Source: Phycisphaerales bacterium
GTDB lineage: Bacteria; Planctomycetota; Phycisphaerae; Phycisphaerales; SM1A02
Direction of reading: 5' to 3'
DNA length: 64,000 nucleotides
NCBI GenBank assembly: GCA_014238205.1
Contig: JABABM010000005.1
Location: 19,189-83,188 of the forward strand
The number at the start of each line of letters is the position of its first letter. Position 1 is the first letter of the stretch. Of the stretch, positions 17,908 to 27,807 are shown piece by piece. The notes beneath the pieces are model-generated. The model was not told the DNA's origin. It ran no database searches and worked only from the letters and a program-made list of their open reading frames with translations. The position numbers and the translations under genes were made by a program.

Positions 17908-20495
17908 TGTCCAAGGAAACGCCGGACAACCAACCGAAGCGTCCAACTCGAGAGCAGCTTGAAGCCATCGTCGATGGAGCAACGATGGACTCCGAGATTC
18001 TCTCCTACCTGCGTGATCATGATTCCGATGGCTCGGTCCACGAGGAACTGGAGAAGATCAAGAGTGAACATGGTTTCCTCGAGGAGTTCCTCGACGCCAA
18101 TCGAGAAACACTCTCCACGTCGACCCCCCTGACCTTGCAGGCTGCTCCTGAGGGATACGAAATACTCCGCGAACTTGATCGAGGCGCACAGGGTGTCGTC
18201 TACCTGGCACACCAGGTCAGTACGAAACGCCGTGTCGCACTGAAGGTGATGCTCCAGGGGGCATTTTCCACACAGAGGCAGCAACAGCGATTCGAACGCG
18301 AGGTCGAACTCGTCGCGTCGATGAAGCACCCGAACATCGTGACCGTATTCGACAGCGGCATTACCCCGGATGGCCGGATGTTCACCGCCATGGAGTACAT
18401 CGACGGGGTACCACTCAACCTCCATCGGACCCATGATGAACCAGGTGGAGCACAGGTGATGACGACGCGGGAGCGTGTCGACCTGTTTCTCAAGGTCTGT
18501 GATGCAGTCGGCTCAGCCCATCGGCGTGGAATCATCCACAGGGATCTGAAACCACTCAACATCCTCGTCGACACCGAGGGTGAGCCACATGTCCTGGACT
18601 TCGGGCTCGCCAAGGTCGTCGGACCTGACGCAATGACAGAATCAGCCATGGATGCAACCGCCGCCGGGGAGTTCATGGGTACGTTCGCCTACGCCTCACC
18701 GGAGCAGGTCAGTGGTGACCCGGATCTTGTGGATACGAGAACGGATGTCTACGCCCTTGGCGTGATCCTGTACGACCTCCTGCTTGGACGACGTCCATAC
18801 GAGCTGGGTGGCAATGTCCACGAGATGATCAAGGGCATCATGGAAACCCGGCCACACCCCCCACGGGACTTCGATCCGGAGTTCGACCTGGACCTGGAGA
18901 CGATTCTGCTCACCTCCCTGGCCAAGGATGTTGAACGGCGATACCAGTCGGTCCAGGACCTTGCAGACGACCTCAGGTGCTGGTGTTCAGGCGAACCGAT
19001 CATGGCTCGCAGAGACGATGCCTGGTACGTACTTCGCAAGTTCGTGCTTCGCCATCGTCTTCCGGTGGGGCTGGCTGCCTGCGTAGTCCTGCTGATCGTC
19101 GGATTCGCGATCACCATGGCCATCCTCTACGCGAACGTGACCCTCGCAAACAAGCGGTTGGCCGGGATGCTGGGCATGGCCTCCGACGTCATTGCCACTG
19201 CCGATCCGGAAAATACCGATCGACCCTTCACCGCGGCGACAGCCATCGACATGCTTGAGGCATGGTCGGACGTCGTTCACGAGGAAATGGCTGATGAACC
19301 GGAAATCAGGGCTCGCATCCTCAATGATCTCGGCGAAAGCTTCATCGGGTTCGATCGACACGGGCTTGCGCAGACCCACCTGGAAGAAGCGCAGCACACC
19401 TTGATGGATTTCGACTCGGAGCCGGACCTGGAAACGGCTCGGTCACTGCATCAGTTGGGCCGCCTTGCCTACAAGCGGGCGAAGTACGACGAAGCGGAAC
19501 TCTACTTCAGCCAGGCCCTGGCCATTCGGGAAGACATGCACGCGGGACCCCACATCGACACGGCACAGTCCCTGCACTACCTGGGATCCACCTATCGTCG
19601 AACCCGGTCCACGAGCGAAGCGGAACGAAAGATGCGGCAGGCTAAGGAGATGCTCGAGAAGATGAAAACAAGCTCGGCCAACCAGGGACGGCAGGTCATC
19701 ACCGGTGAACTCAGCAGCGTGATCAACAGCCTCGGCATCCTGCTCGCCTCGGATCGCCCCGCCGAGGCCATCGACTTCTACAAGGAAGCCGATGCCATGC
19801 TCGCAGCCCAGGCACCCGATGATGTCGATTGGCGGCGTGGCAGGATCCAGCACAACATCGGCATGTGCCATCTCAGGCTTGGAGATCTCGAGAAGGCTCG
19901 AACCATGTTCGAAGAGTCATTGGAAACAAAGGAAACCGGGCTGCGTCGACTTCAAGCCGAGCAACTCGTCCAGGAAGACGAGGCATCCGTGAATCGACTG
20001 CAACTTGCGGCCAGTCGACATGCGCTTGCAAGGACACTCCTTGCCATGGGAGACATGGAGGGTGCACAGGACGCAGCGGAAGCCGCCCGGGAAATGCGCA
20101 CGGATGTACTGAAGGATGGACACCCGCTCCTTGCAGACAGCGAGGAACTGCAGGCTCAACTGGACATCGCCTCCGGAAATATCGAGGTTGCACTTGGCAA
20201 TCTCCAGGCAATCCATGCAGACCGTCTCGAACATGGACAGGAATGGGCCATCGCATGGAACAAGGCGCTCCAGGGCCACGCGCTCTCCATTCTCGATCGA
20301 TTCGAAGAGGGGGAAGTCCTTCTCAAGGAGGCCTACCTGGTCCTGTGCAAGGCACGAGGTGCAACCTCGCCAAAGGCAATCTCCTGCGCGGGCATGATGG
20401 CGTCCATGTATGAAGCGTGGGATAGACCAGTCGAAGCGCAGCAGTACCGGATGCTGGCCGATGTGAACCATGCCCAGGACGACTCTGGGGACTAG
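17904..20495 (+). CDS. Ser/Thr protein kinase with one TM helix and a C-terminal TPR domain
   Basis: 863 aa. Hanks kinase motifs ALKVM, HRDLKPLNILVD, DFGLAK and YASPEQ. TM helix LAACVVLLIVGFAITMAILY. The C-terminal ~450 aa have TPR-like repeats. Confidence 0.9.
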   Translation: MMSKETPDNQPKRPTREQLEAIVDGATMDSEILSYLRDHDSDGSVHEELEKIKSEHGFLEEFLDANRETLSTSTPLTLQAAPEGYEILRELDRGAQGVVYLAHQVSTKRRVALKVMLQGAFSTQRQQQRFEREVELVASMKHPNIVTVFDSGITPDGRMFTAMEYIDGVPLNLHRTHDEPGGAQVMTTRERVDLFLKVCDAVGSAHRRGIIHRDLKPLNILVDTEGEPHVLDFGLAKVVGPDAMTESAMDATAAGEFMGTFAYASPEQVSGDPDLVDTRTDVYALGVILYDLLLGRRPYELGGNVHEMIKGIMETRPHPPRDFDPEFDLDLETILLTSLAKDVERRYQSVQDLADDLRCWCSGEPIMARRDDAWYVLRKFVLRHRLPVGLAACVVLLIVGFAITMAILYANVTLANKRLAGMLGMASDVIATADPENTDRPFTAATAIDMLEAWSDVVHEEMADEPEIRARILNDLGESFIGFDRHGLAQTHLEEAQHTLMDFDSEPDLETARSLHQLGRLAYKRAKYDEAELYFSQALAIREDMHAGPHIDTAQSLHYLGSTYRRTRSTSEAERKMRQAKEMLEKMKTSSANQGRQVITGELSSVINSLGILLASDRPAEAIDFYKEADAMLAAQAPDDVDWRRGRIQHNIGMCHLRLGDLEKARTMFEESLETKETGLRRLQAEQLVQEDEASVNRLQLAASRHALARTLLAMGDMEGAQDAAEAAREMRTDVLKDGHPLLADSEELQAQLDIASGNIEVALGNLQAIHADRLEHGQEWAIAWNKALQGHALSILDRFEEGEVLLKEAYLVLCKARGATSPKAISCAGMMASMYEAWDRPVEAQQYRMLADVNHAQDDSGD

Positions 20496-21403
20496 CCCGG
20501 GGATGGAACCCGAGCAGGTTGCAGGACCGGCAGGACACCTGGCTGGACCTGGATCATGACACGCTGCGTCAAGGGAGTTGCCGTTTCCGGGGGGCAGTCC
20601 CCGTCGACCTGCCATGGGATCGGCGAAGAGGGTTCAAGAACAACCACTCGTCCCTGTGCATGAACAGCGCCATGGCTGGAGAGGTGGGTGCCCCTCCTGG
20701 CCTTCCACATCCATTTCAACAGACCCAGTCTCCTCCGCGTTGGGAGAAAGACGACGTCGAGAACTCCATCGTCCATGCTCGCTTCGGGCGCAGGGTTGAA
20801 TCGGCCTCCGTACTCCCGGCAGTTACAGACGAAACACAGGCCCGACTGTTCACTGGCGATGCTTTCTCCATCCACCATGACCCTGATCGGAACAGGTTTC
20901 CACTTCCACAACTGCCGAAGCATGCAGGGCAGATAGGTCCAATGGGAAATGGGGCCGGTTCGGTGAGAGGTAAGATCATGAACGACTGCAGCATCAAATC
21001 CACAACTGGCCATCAGGATGGCTGTCGTACCGTTTGCATCGGCAACGTCGAGTGCACGGACATCATGTGCCTCGATCGCGCCAATGACATCCCCGGTTTC
21101 GCCTGTGAAGCCCATGGCTCGGGCGAAGAGATTCTCCGTACCCATGGGTACGTGGTAGAGGGGAGTTCCTGTACGAATGGAACCCCCGGCGACGAGGCGT
21201 ACTGTTCCATCGCCTCCTGCAACAACGGCGACATCAACTTCCTCGAGAACCGGGTCCAACCACTCCTGCACGGATCCAAGTCGTGTCCAGAGCAGGATGA
21301 CATCATGGCCTGCCGATTCAAGTGCCTGCTGGAGCTCCGCGGCTCGGCCCCGTGAGTTCCCGGCACCGGAGATCGGGTTGGCAAGAATGGCAATCCTGGG
21401 CAT
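20492..21403 (-). CDS. diacylglycerol/lipid kinase family protein (YegS/LCB5-like)
   Basis: Start trimmed to ATG 21403 (MPRIAILANPISGAGNSRG...). It has the VAGGDGTV nucleotide-binding motif. Confidence 0.75.
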   Translation of the reverse strand: MPRIAILANPISGAGNSRGRAAELQQALESAGHDVILLWTRLGSVQEWLDPVLEEVDVAVVAGGDGTVRLVAGGSIRTGTPLYHVPMGTENLFARAMGFTGETGDVIGAIEAHDVRALDVADANGTTAILMASCGFDAAVVHDLTSHRTGPISHWTYLPCMLRQLWKWKPVPIRVMVDGESIASEQSGLCFVCNCREYGGRFNPAPEASMDDGVLDVVFLPTRRRLGLLKWMWKARRGTHLSSHGAVHAQGRVVVLEPSSPIPWQVDGDCPPETATPLTQRVMIQVQPGVLPVLQPARVPSPG

Positions 21404-21498
21404 GGGTGTCTCGACGAAAACCGTGTTCAGATGGGCACCTTCCGCCCGATTCAGCGTATGGTTGATTGCACACTCTAGTGCAGTCATCAAGGGAATCC

Positions 21499-22932
21499 AT
21501 GCAGACCAGTCGTCGCCATTTTCTCCAGAGAGCCGCCGCCTGTTCGGCGGGCTTTGCCGGCCTGCAAAGCGTACTTGCGGCAGAGCGATCAAGCCCTCCC
21601 CTGCTCCAACGTGCCACCAGCGGCTACGGTCCACTGCGACCGGATCCCCTGGGACTCATCGCCCTGCCCGATGGATTTACATCGCAGGTGATTTCACGTG
21701 CAGGTGAAACGATGAGCGATGGGTTGCTTGTTCCCGGCAAGCACGACGGGATGGGAGCCATGCCCGGTCCCGATGGACTGACCATCATCGTTCGCAATCA
21801 CGAGATCTCTCCAGGGCATGTAACGGTCGGCCCCTTTGACGCAGTGGCCACGGACACCGGAATTCCAGATGGAATCGACCAGGCCAGGATCTTCGATCCA
21901 GGTACGAAGGAGGGTCCCTTTGCTGGTCCATCGCGCGGAGGGTGCACCACGTTGGTCTATGACACGAAGTCGGGTAATGGCGATGGTGAACTCAGGACCC
22001 ACGCGCTGAGCCTCGTGGGTACGGAACACAACTGTGCAGGAGGTATCACCCCCCGGAACACGTGGATCACCTGCGAAGAATCCGTTACGGGACCGGCGGA
22101 CGAACTTGGTCGAACTCGACTCCATGGCTGGTGTTTCGAAGTACCCGCGACCGTGCATCCGGAACTGGTCGACCCACGCCCGATCAAGCCGATGGGACGA
22201 TTCAACCATGAAGCGGTCGCAGTCGATCCCGGCACGGGCATCGTGTACATGACGGAAGATCGAAATGACGGTGTCTTGTTCCGCTACCTGCCCTCGGATC
22301 CTGCCGACCTGCACAGTGGAGGTCCCTTGCAGGCCCTGGCCATTGCAGGCACTCCTCAGGCGGACCTTCGAAACTGGAATGACGCCCCAACTGTCAGCCC
22401 GGGGGACTCCTTCGAGACAACCTGGATCGATGTGGACGACATCGAATCACCTGATGACTCGCTGAGATACCAGGCCTTCGACAAGGGAGCAGCACGCTTT
22501 GCACGTGGAGAAGGCATGTGGTTTGGAGAAGGCAGCGTGTATTTCGCCTGCACGACCGGTGGAACCGCTCGCCATGGGCAGATCTGGCGCTACGTGATCC
22601 CCAGCTCACAAGGGAATGGAACGGACCAGTCGCGGGGAGGAACACTGCACCTGTTCATTGAACCCAACGACGCCTCGATCATCGAGCATGCCGACAACCT
22701 GACCATTGCGCCGTGGGGCGATCTCATCGTCTGCGAGGACGGGCTCGAGGAACAATACCTGCTTGGGGTGACTCCCGATGGTGCCGTCTACAAGTTCGGG
22801 CTGAACCTGATGAACCAATCGGAGTTCGCCGGTGCCACGTTCTCACCGGACGGAACGACGCTGTTCGTCAACATCCAGAATCCAGGTCTCACCCTGGCGA
22901 TCACGGGCCCGTGGGAGAGTCGACGCGCCTAG
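21499..22932 (+). CDS. PhoX-like (DUF839) secreted phosphatase with a Tat signal
   Basis: Start trimmed to ATG 21499, which gives MQTSRRHFLQRAAACSAGFAGLQSVLA (twin-Arg signal). Beta-propeller motifs are HNCAGGITPRNTWITCEE, GRFNHEAVAVDP and FSPDGTTLFVNIQNPG. Confidence 0.75.
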   Translation: MQTSRRHFLQRAAACSAGFAGLQSVLAAERSSPPLLQRATSGYGPLRPDPLGLIALPDGFTSQVISRAGETMSDGLLVPGKHDGMGAMPGPDGLTIIVRNHEISPGHVTVGPFDAVATDTGIPDGIDQARIFDPGTKEGPFAGPSRGGCTTLVYDTKSGNGDGELRTHALSLVGTEHNCAGGITPRNTWITCEESVTGPADELGRTRLHGWCFEVPATVHPELVDPRPIKPMGRFNHEAVAVDPGTGIVYMTEDRNDGVLFRYLPSDPADLHSGGPLQALAIAGTPQADLRNWNDAPTVSPGDSFETTWIDVDDIESPDDSLRYQAFDKGAARFARGEGMWFGEGSVYFACTTGGTARHGQIWRYVIPSSQGNGTDQSRGGTLHLFIEPNDASIIEHADNLTIAPWGDLIVCEDGLEEQYLLGVTPDGAVYKFGLNLMNQSEFAGATFSPDGTTLFVNIQNPGLTLAITGPWESRRA

Positions 22933-23456
22933 CCGATGAGGCGGCGCATGTTGAGCGCACGCCTGAGATCAAGAACCTGCCCCGCGTGTACACCATTGTG
23001 AAAACTGACTCGCAGGACCAGGTCCAGCAGGGGGATCTGCGTGCCGTTCCATTCACGCGCAGCCTCCAGTTCACCAGGATCAAGACCTCGAACTGCACCA
23101 GCGAGCCTGTGACATGCCTTTGAATAGATGGCCCGCCCACGCTCCATGTCCGGATACAGGCTGGCTTCCGGAGCCGGGGATGATCCCTTGCAGACAGTTT
23201 CCGTATCGAACTGCTCGATCTCCCCTCCGGTTCCAGCGCCCTGGATGAAATCGCTGTCCGGTGGCAACTGGCCGTCGATCTTCGAGGCGAGCTTGTGCAT
23301 GGTCATGGCGCAGTGACCAAGTGTCCATATGAAGTGATTCGGCAGTCCTTCAACCTGTGCTGTTCTTGCATCGTCTTCGACATCCTCGAGAAATCGAAGC
23401 ATCAAGCCCTCGGTGGACTCGATGGCGATTGCAAGCGCTTCAACTCCCTCCATCAC
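22929..23456 (-). CDS. DinB-superfamily protein
   Basis: 175 aa. Four-helix-bundle-type sequence with conserved His positions (HFIWTLGHCAM..., FHNGVHAGQ). Its start overlaps the 3' end of the molybdoenzyme gene by 17 nt. Confidence 0.55.
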   Translation of the reverse strand: MMEGVEALAIAIESTEGLMLRFLEDVEDDARTAQVEGLPNHFIWTLGHCAMTMHKLASKIDGQLPPDSDFIQGAGTGGEIEQFDTETVCKGSSPAPEASLYPDMERGRAIYSKACHRLAGAVRGLDPGELEAAREWNGTQIPLLDLVLRVSFHNGVHAGQVLDLRRALNMRRLIG

Positions 23457-26232
23457 CCGTCTCCTCCATGATGTAGGTTTCCGGTGCAGGCTTCACTGCG
23501 CGGGCGAACCATCGTGGACGGCGAAGTCCACCCGGGCCAGGCGCGGGCCTCGTCTGCTCCATCCACTTCCTGTAGACCTCCATCGAGCGACGCGTGTCCA
23601 CAACGACGTCACCGTACACGTCGTCGGCGGAAGCTGGGCCGACACGGACGATCTGGTGCCAGCAGTGCATGCCCGAAACCGGGTCGGGTTGGACTGGGAA
23701 GACGAGGTTCTGGTGCACGCCCCCATCTGTCCACCAGACGCGACGGCTGTCTGGATCCTTGCTGTCGAATGCCTTGATGTTCTCTATGCGCCTGAACCGT
23801 ACAGCTCCACTTGGTGTCGTTTCACGAACGACGCGTGCACTGGCCCAGCGATCCGTCCCGACATCATCGAAGAGTCGCCATCGCCCCAGGTGATGCGAAC
23901 ATGCCACGACGCCTGGCCGGATAGCCTCGGTAATCCAGGCCCGGTTGACGAAATGACCAATTGACGTCTCCAGTCGCACAAGGCTGTCGGTTGCAATACC
24001 CAATCGCTGTGCATCCGAGGGATGTATCCAGACCGGGTTCGTATTTGAAAGTTCATAGAGCCACTTCGCATTGGCAGACCGGGTATGGATGAGGGTCGGC
24101 AGCCTGAACGTCGGCACGAGGACCATCTGTCCCTTGTCGGCATCCATCGCGTCGGCATGAACATGGCTCTTGATGTATCCGGGCATGGTCTGCTCGGACC
24201 ACTTCCAGTCGTGCATTGTCTGGCTGTGCAGCTCCAGTCGGCGACTCGGCGTGGGAAATCCGACCACGGCACGACCATCAACCTCGAGCCCCACTGGAGT
24301 TCCATCTCGATGCACGGTCCCCTCTGCATCGACCGTAGCCCCCTCGGAGTCTGCCAGGTCCGCCTCGTGGCTGCGGTAGGCATCGTCTTCCACGAGGAAT
24401 GCCCCGTACCGCCGCATGTACGCAAGAGGGCTGAGCCCCTCGGCATCGGCGGCTTCGGGAAGCCCGGGAACGGCATGCTCGAAGATCCACTGGTAGTACT
24501 CGTCGATCGTGATCTTCTCACCGGGGCGATAGGGAGACTCGTAGTGCTTCCGTATGCCCAGCGTTCCATCTGGATCGATACGCCAGGACAACTCGATCCA
24601 GAACTCATCTTCCTCCCACACTTCGCCGGGATTGGCCTGCCAGGTGAACTCGACGGGATCTCCCATCCGTTCTCTGGCAACACGAAGCACCGGCTGGCGG
24701 AAACTGATCCACTTGGCTGCATGCGTTTCCTGGCTGAGCAGGTCATGCCGTTCTGCGCCCACGCCCATGGGAAGCACGTAGTCGGCGTACTGAGCTGTCT
24801 CGCTCCAGGTCGGCGTCAGGGCAGCGTGCACTCCGATGCGGGATTCATCCCTGAGCAACTGCTCCCACATGAGTCCGTCAGGATTCGTCCAGACAGGGTT
24901 GTAGACGCGAGTGAAGTAGGTGTCGATACGACCTCGACCCTCCTCCATCATGTGCGGCAGCAGGAATGACATCTCGTGGTATGCCAGCGGGAATTCAGGC
25001 GGATAAAGCAGTTCATTCCATCGCTTCTGCGGAGGTGGGTTGTCAAATGGCTTCGCAACGAACTTGTTGTGGGAGTTCGGGTTCGTCCCCCCCTCGGTAC
25101 CGACCGCTCCCATCAAGACAACCAGGAACTGCAGGCAGCGTGCTACCTGCCACCCACCGAGGTTTCCAGAAGCAGCGCTTCGCCAGACATGCGTAGCGAA
25201 GGCGGGACCAGCCTCGCCGATCGCCCTCGCAACATCACGGATCATGTCGGCATCCACGTCGCATTCCTCGGCAGCGGCTTCTGGTGTTGCAAAGGAGTAG
25301 TGTGACTTCAGTGCCTCGATGAACAGGTCGAAGTCCGGCTTCGCATCCGGGTCGAGAAAAGCCAGCGTGTCCTTCCAGTTCACCCATCGCTCAAGGAAAT
25401 CACGGTCGTAGAGCTTCTCCTCGAGGAGCACATGGGCCATGGCGAGCAGGAGCATCGACTCCGTACCCGGACGGGGCGCAAGCCACCAGTCCGCTTTCGA
25501 AGCGGTGTTCGACAACCGGACATCGATGACGCACATCTTCGCCCCGGCATTCATGCCTTCGACGATACGTTGCGCATGTGGATTGAAATAATGACCGGTT
25601 TCCAGGTGCGCCGAGAGCATCAAAATGAACTTGGCATTGGCATGGTCCGGCGAGGGACGATCCGCGCCGGACCAGAGTGCATACCCCACCCGAGCCGAGG
25701 CCGAGCAGACATTCGTATGGGAGTTGTGTGCATCGACCCCCCAGGACCGCAGGACTCGATCCATGTAGCCGTCGGCCCCGGGCCGCCCCACGTGGTACAT
25801 GATCTCGTCATGACGATCCTCCAGCAGTGCCGCACGCATGCGACCTGCAAGGTCATCGAGCACCTGGTCCCAGCTCACCCGTTCGAACTTTCCCGAGCCT
25901 CGCTCCCCTACTCGCTTCAGCGGATACAGGATCCGTTCCGGGTCATCGATCTGGTTGAGCGTGGCAGGTCCCTTTGCGCAATTTCGACCACGGGACCCGG
26001 GGTGATGCGGGTTTCCCTCGAGTTTCCGTATGGAAAGTGATTCGGGATCGACCCAGGCCATCAACCCGCAGCCGGCTTCGCAGTTGAAGCAGGTTGTCGG
26101 CACGAGCATGGAATGACGCTCCACGTGGCGTGGCCATGCTGCTGGATCCAGGTCCGTGACATCATCCCACGACTCGACCGGGGGATAGGTCTCAAGCTCG
26201 ATGACTGGAAGTGGTGTACCGGATTTCGACAT
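23440..26232 (-). CDS. molybdopterin (bis-MGD) oxidoreductase catalytic subunit with no Tat signal
   Basis: 930 aa. N-terminal 4Fe-4S motif CFNCEAGCGLMAWVD...C, the MopB core (HSHTNVCSASA) and a C-terminal molybdopterin dinucleotide-binding domain (NPVWIHPSDAQRLGI...LVRLET). There is no RR motif or hydrophobic signal at the N-terminus. Confidence 0.85.
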   Translation of the reverse strand: MSKSGTPLPVIELETYPPVESWDDVTDLDPAAWPRHVERHSMLVPTTCFNCEAGCGLMAWVDPESLSIRKLEGNPHHPGSRGRNCAKGPATLNQIDDPERILYPLKRVGERGSGKFERVSWDQVLDDLAGRMRAALLEDRHDEIMYHVGRPGADGYMDRVLRSWGVDAHNSHTNVCSASARVGYALWSGADRPSPDHANAKFILMLSAHLETGHYFNPHAQRIVEGMNAGAKMCVIDVRLSNTASKADWWLAPRPGTESMLLLAMAHVLLEEKLYDRDFLERWVNWKDTLAFLDPDAKPDFDLFIEALKSHYSFATPEAAAEECDVDADMIRDVARAIGEAGPAFATHVWRSAASGNLGGWQVARCLQFLVVLMGAVGTEGGTNPNSHNKFVAKPFDNPPPQKRWNELLYPPEFPLAYHEMSFLLPHMMEEGRGRIDTYFTRVYNPVWTNPDGLMWEQLLRDESRIGVHAALTPTWSETAQYADYVLPMGVGAERHDLLSQETHAAKWISFRQPVLRVARERMGDPVEFTWQANPGEVWEEDEFWIELSWRIDPDGTLGIRKHYESPYRPGEKITIDEYYQWIFEHAVPGLPEAADAEGLSPLAYMRRYGAFLVEDDAYRSHEADLADSEGATVDAEGTVHRDGTPVGLEVDGRAVVGFPTPSRRLELHSQTMHDWKWSEQTMPGYIKSHVHADAMDADKGQMVLVPTFRLPTLIHTRSANAKWLYELSNTNPVWIHPSDAQRLGIATDSLVRLETSIGHFVNRAWITEAIRPGVVACSHHLGRWRLFDDVGTDRWASARVVRETTPSGAVRFRRIENIKAFDSKDPDSRRVWWTDGGVHQNLVFPVQPDPVSGMHCWHQIVRVGPASADDVYGDVVVDTRRSMEVYRKWMEQTRPAPGPGGLRRPRWFARAVKPAPETYIMEETGDGGS

Positions 26233-26241
26233 GGAAATGGC

Positions 26242-27717
26242 TCAGGAAAGTGGCGGCAACTGGCCTGCACGGACATAGGCGTGTTCATAGCAATAGAGAC
26301 CGATGAGGATGGCTATTGCACTGGAAAATGGAATCCCGCTGATCGCCGCAACGGCGCCAATGGCAAGAACGATGTAGCCGGCCCACAGTGCCGGAATGTC
26401 CCAGATGCGGACCGTCCCGAGAAAGGCCGCCGCCTGCTGGGCATTGTCCGTGACGTGATGGCCATGTCGCTCGGCAAGGCAGAAGCCCACGTGCAAAAGG
26501 ATCGAGGCCAGGAGAATCCACGTAAGCACCGTCGCTTCAACCGGGGATACCACGAGCAGGATTGCGCTTCCACAGAGCAGGGCCTGGACGATCAGGTGTG
26601 GCAGGAGCAATCGACTCTCCCAGAGATCACGGCCCTTGCACTGGGCAAAGAGAAAGGCCGTGTAGCCGGCAACGAACAGGGCAAGCACTGCATTGGGCCA
26701 TCGGAGGGCCTCAGCCAGTCCATCAGCACCTGCAAGTCGAAGTACCAGGATGATCGAGGTCAGGGCTGTGAAAGCACCGAGAATGACTCCTCCCTTCACC
26801 AGCCAGCTCTTCCAGTTGGGCCTGGTAAGCAGCCTGTAGAAACGAGATGGACGAGCCAGGTCCTCCACGAGCAGGACGAGGGTGACCAATGTAAAGACCA
26901 ATGCCGTAACTTCCGGAAAGAAGCTCGATCTCCAGCCGGAGATTCCTAGCAACGCTGCAAATGGCGCCAACACGGCGACACCTGCTGCAATTGACTTGGT
27001 CAGGAGGTAGAGAGAGACCGGCCAACCCCATTCAACCTTGTGGCCGACGTCATAGACAACGCGAGCATCGGGCACGGTGGGCAGTTGGGAAGGCCAGGGC
27101 TCGGGCTTTGCCGGGGGCCGCTGGCTGAAGAGATAGGTATCAGGACGCGAGGCACGACCCGGCTGAAGGGCAATGTCGGCAGCCCCCTTGTAATGGACGT
27201 TCGGACTGGTGCCTTGCTCGGGTCGACGGACCTTCGTGGGATTGTCACGAACCAACAGGGAGACCTTCGAGTGAGGGTCGTGGAAATCACCGGCAACGAT
27301 GGCATTGGTCGGGCAGACGACTGCACAGGCAGGCTCCAGGTTCTGCTCGACACGGTGGGCACAGAAATGGCATTTTTCAACCGAGCCCATGTCCTCGTTC
27401 AGGTAGATGGCGTCGTACGGGCAGGCCTGCATGCAGGCCCGGCAGCCGATGCAGGCATCGCGATCGATATCGACAATCCCGTCCTCACGTTTTTCAAGTG
27501 CATTGACAGGGCAGATCGTCACGCATGGAGCATCCGTGCAGTGATTGCATCGCTGGACGAGGAAATGCCGCTTGATGGCCGGAAAGGCCCCCTCCTCGAC
27601 GTACTTCACTGACGTTCGGAAATTGCCCACGGGCACGTCGTTCTCAGACTTGCAGGCAACGGTACAGGCGTGGCAGCCGATGCAGTTGTCGTGGTCGATG
27701 ACGAACCCGTATTGCAT
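26242..27717 (-). CDS. fused 4Fe-4S ferredoxin subunit (PsrB/DmsB-like) and NrfD/PsrC-like integral membrane subunit
   Basis: 491 aa. The first ~190 aa hold four Cys clusters (CIGCHACTVACK, CNHCTDAPCVTICP, CIGCRACMQACP, CHFC...CAVVCP). The remaining ~300 aa are about 8 hydrophobic helices. Confidence 0.85.
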   Translation of the reverse strand: MQYGFVIDHDNCIGCHACTVACKSENDVPVGNFRTSVKYVEEGAFPAIKRHFLVQRCNHCTDAPCVTICPVNALEKREDGIVDIDRDACIGCRACMQACPYDAIYLNEDMGSVEKCHFCAHRVEQNLEPACAVVCPTNAIVAGDFHDPHSKVSLLVRDNPTKVRRPEQGTSPNVHYKGAADIALQPGRASRPDTYLFSQRPPAKPEPWPSQLPTVPDARVVYDVGHKVEWGWPVSLYLLTKSIAAGVAVLAPFAALLGISGWRSSFFPEVTALVFTLVTLVLLVEDLARPSRFYRLLTRPNWKSWLVKGGVILGAFTALTSIILVLRLAGADGLAEALRWPNAVLALFVAGYTAFLFAQCKGRDLWESRLLLPHLIVQALLCGSAILLVVSPVEATVLTWILLASILLHVGFCLAERHGHHVTDNAQQAAAFLGTVRIWDIPALWAGYIVLAIGAVAAISGIPFSSAIAILIGLYCYEHAYVRAGQLPPLS

Positions 27718-27757
27718 TGGATGTGAGTGTACCCCCTTTGGAGGAAGTTGAATGCAA

Positions 27758-27785
27758 CACCGCCCACCCCGAAAGGTGGGCGGTG
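27758..27785 (-). terminator. GC-rich hairpin downstream of the S9 peptidase gene
   Basis: CACCGCCCACC (27758-27768) pairs with GGTGGGCGGTG (27775-27785), an 11-bp stem with a 6-nt loop. It lies 22 nt past the stop at 27808. The U-tract is weak. Confidence 0.45.
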
Positions 27786-27807
27786 ATCATTTCAAGTACA
27801 GCAAGGC

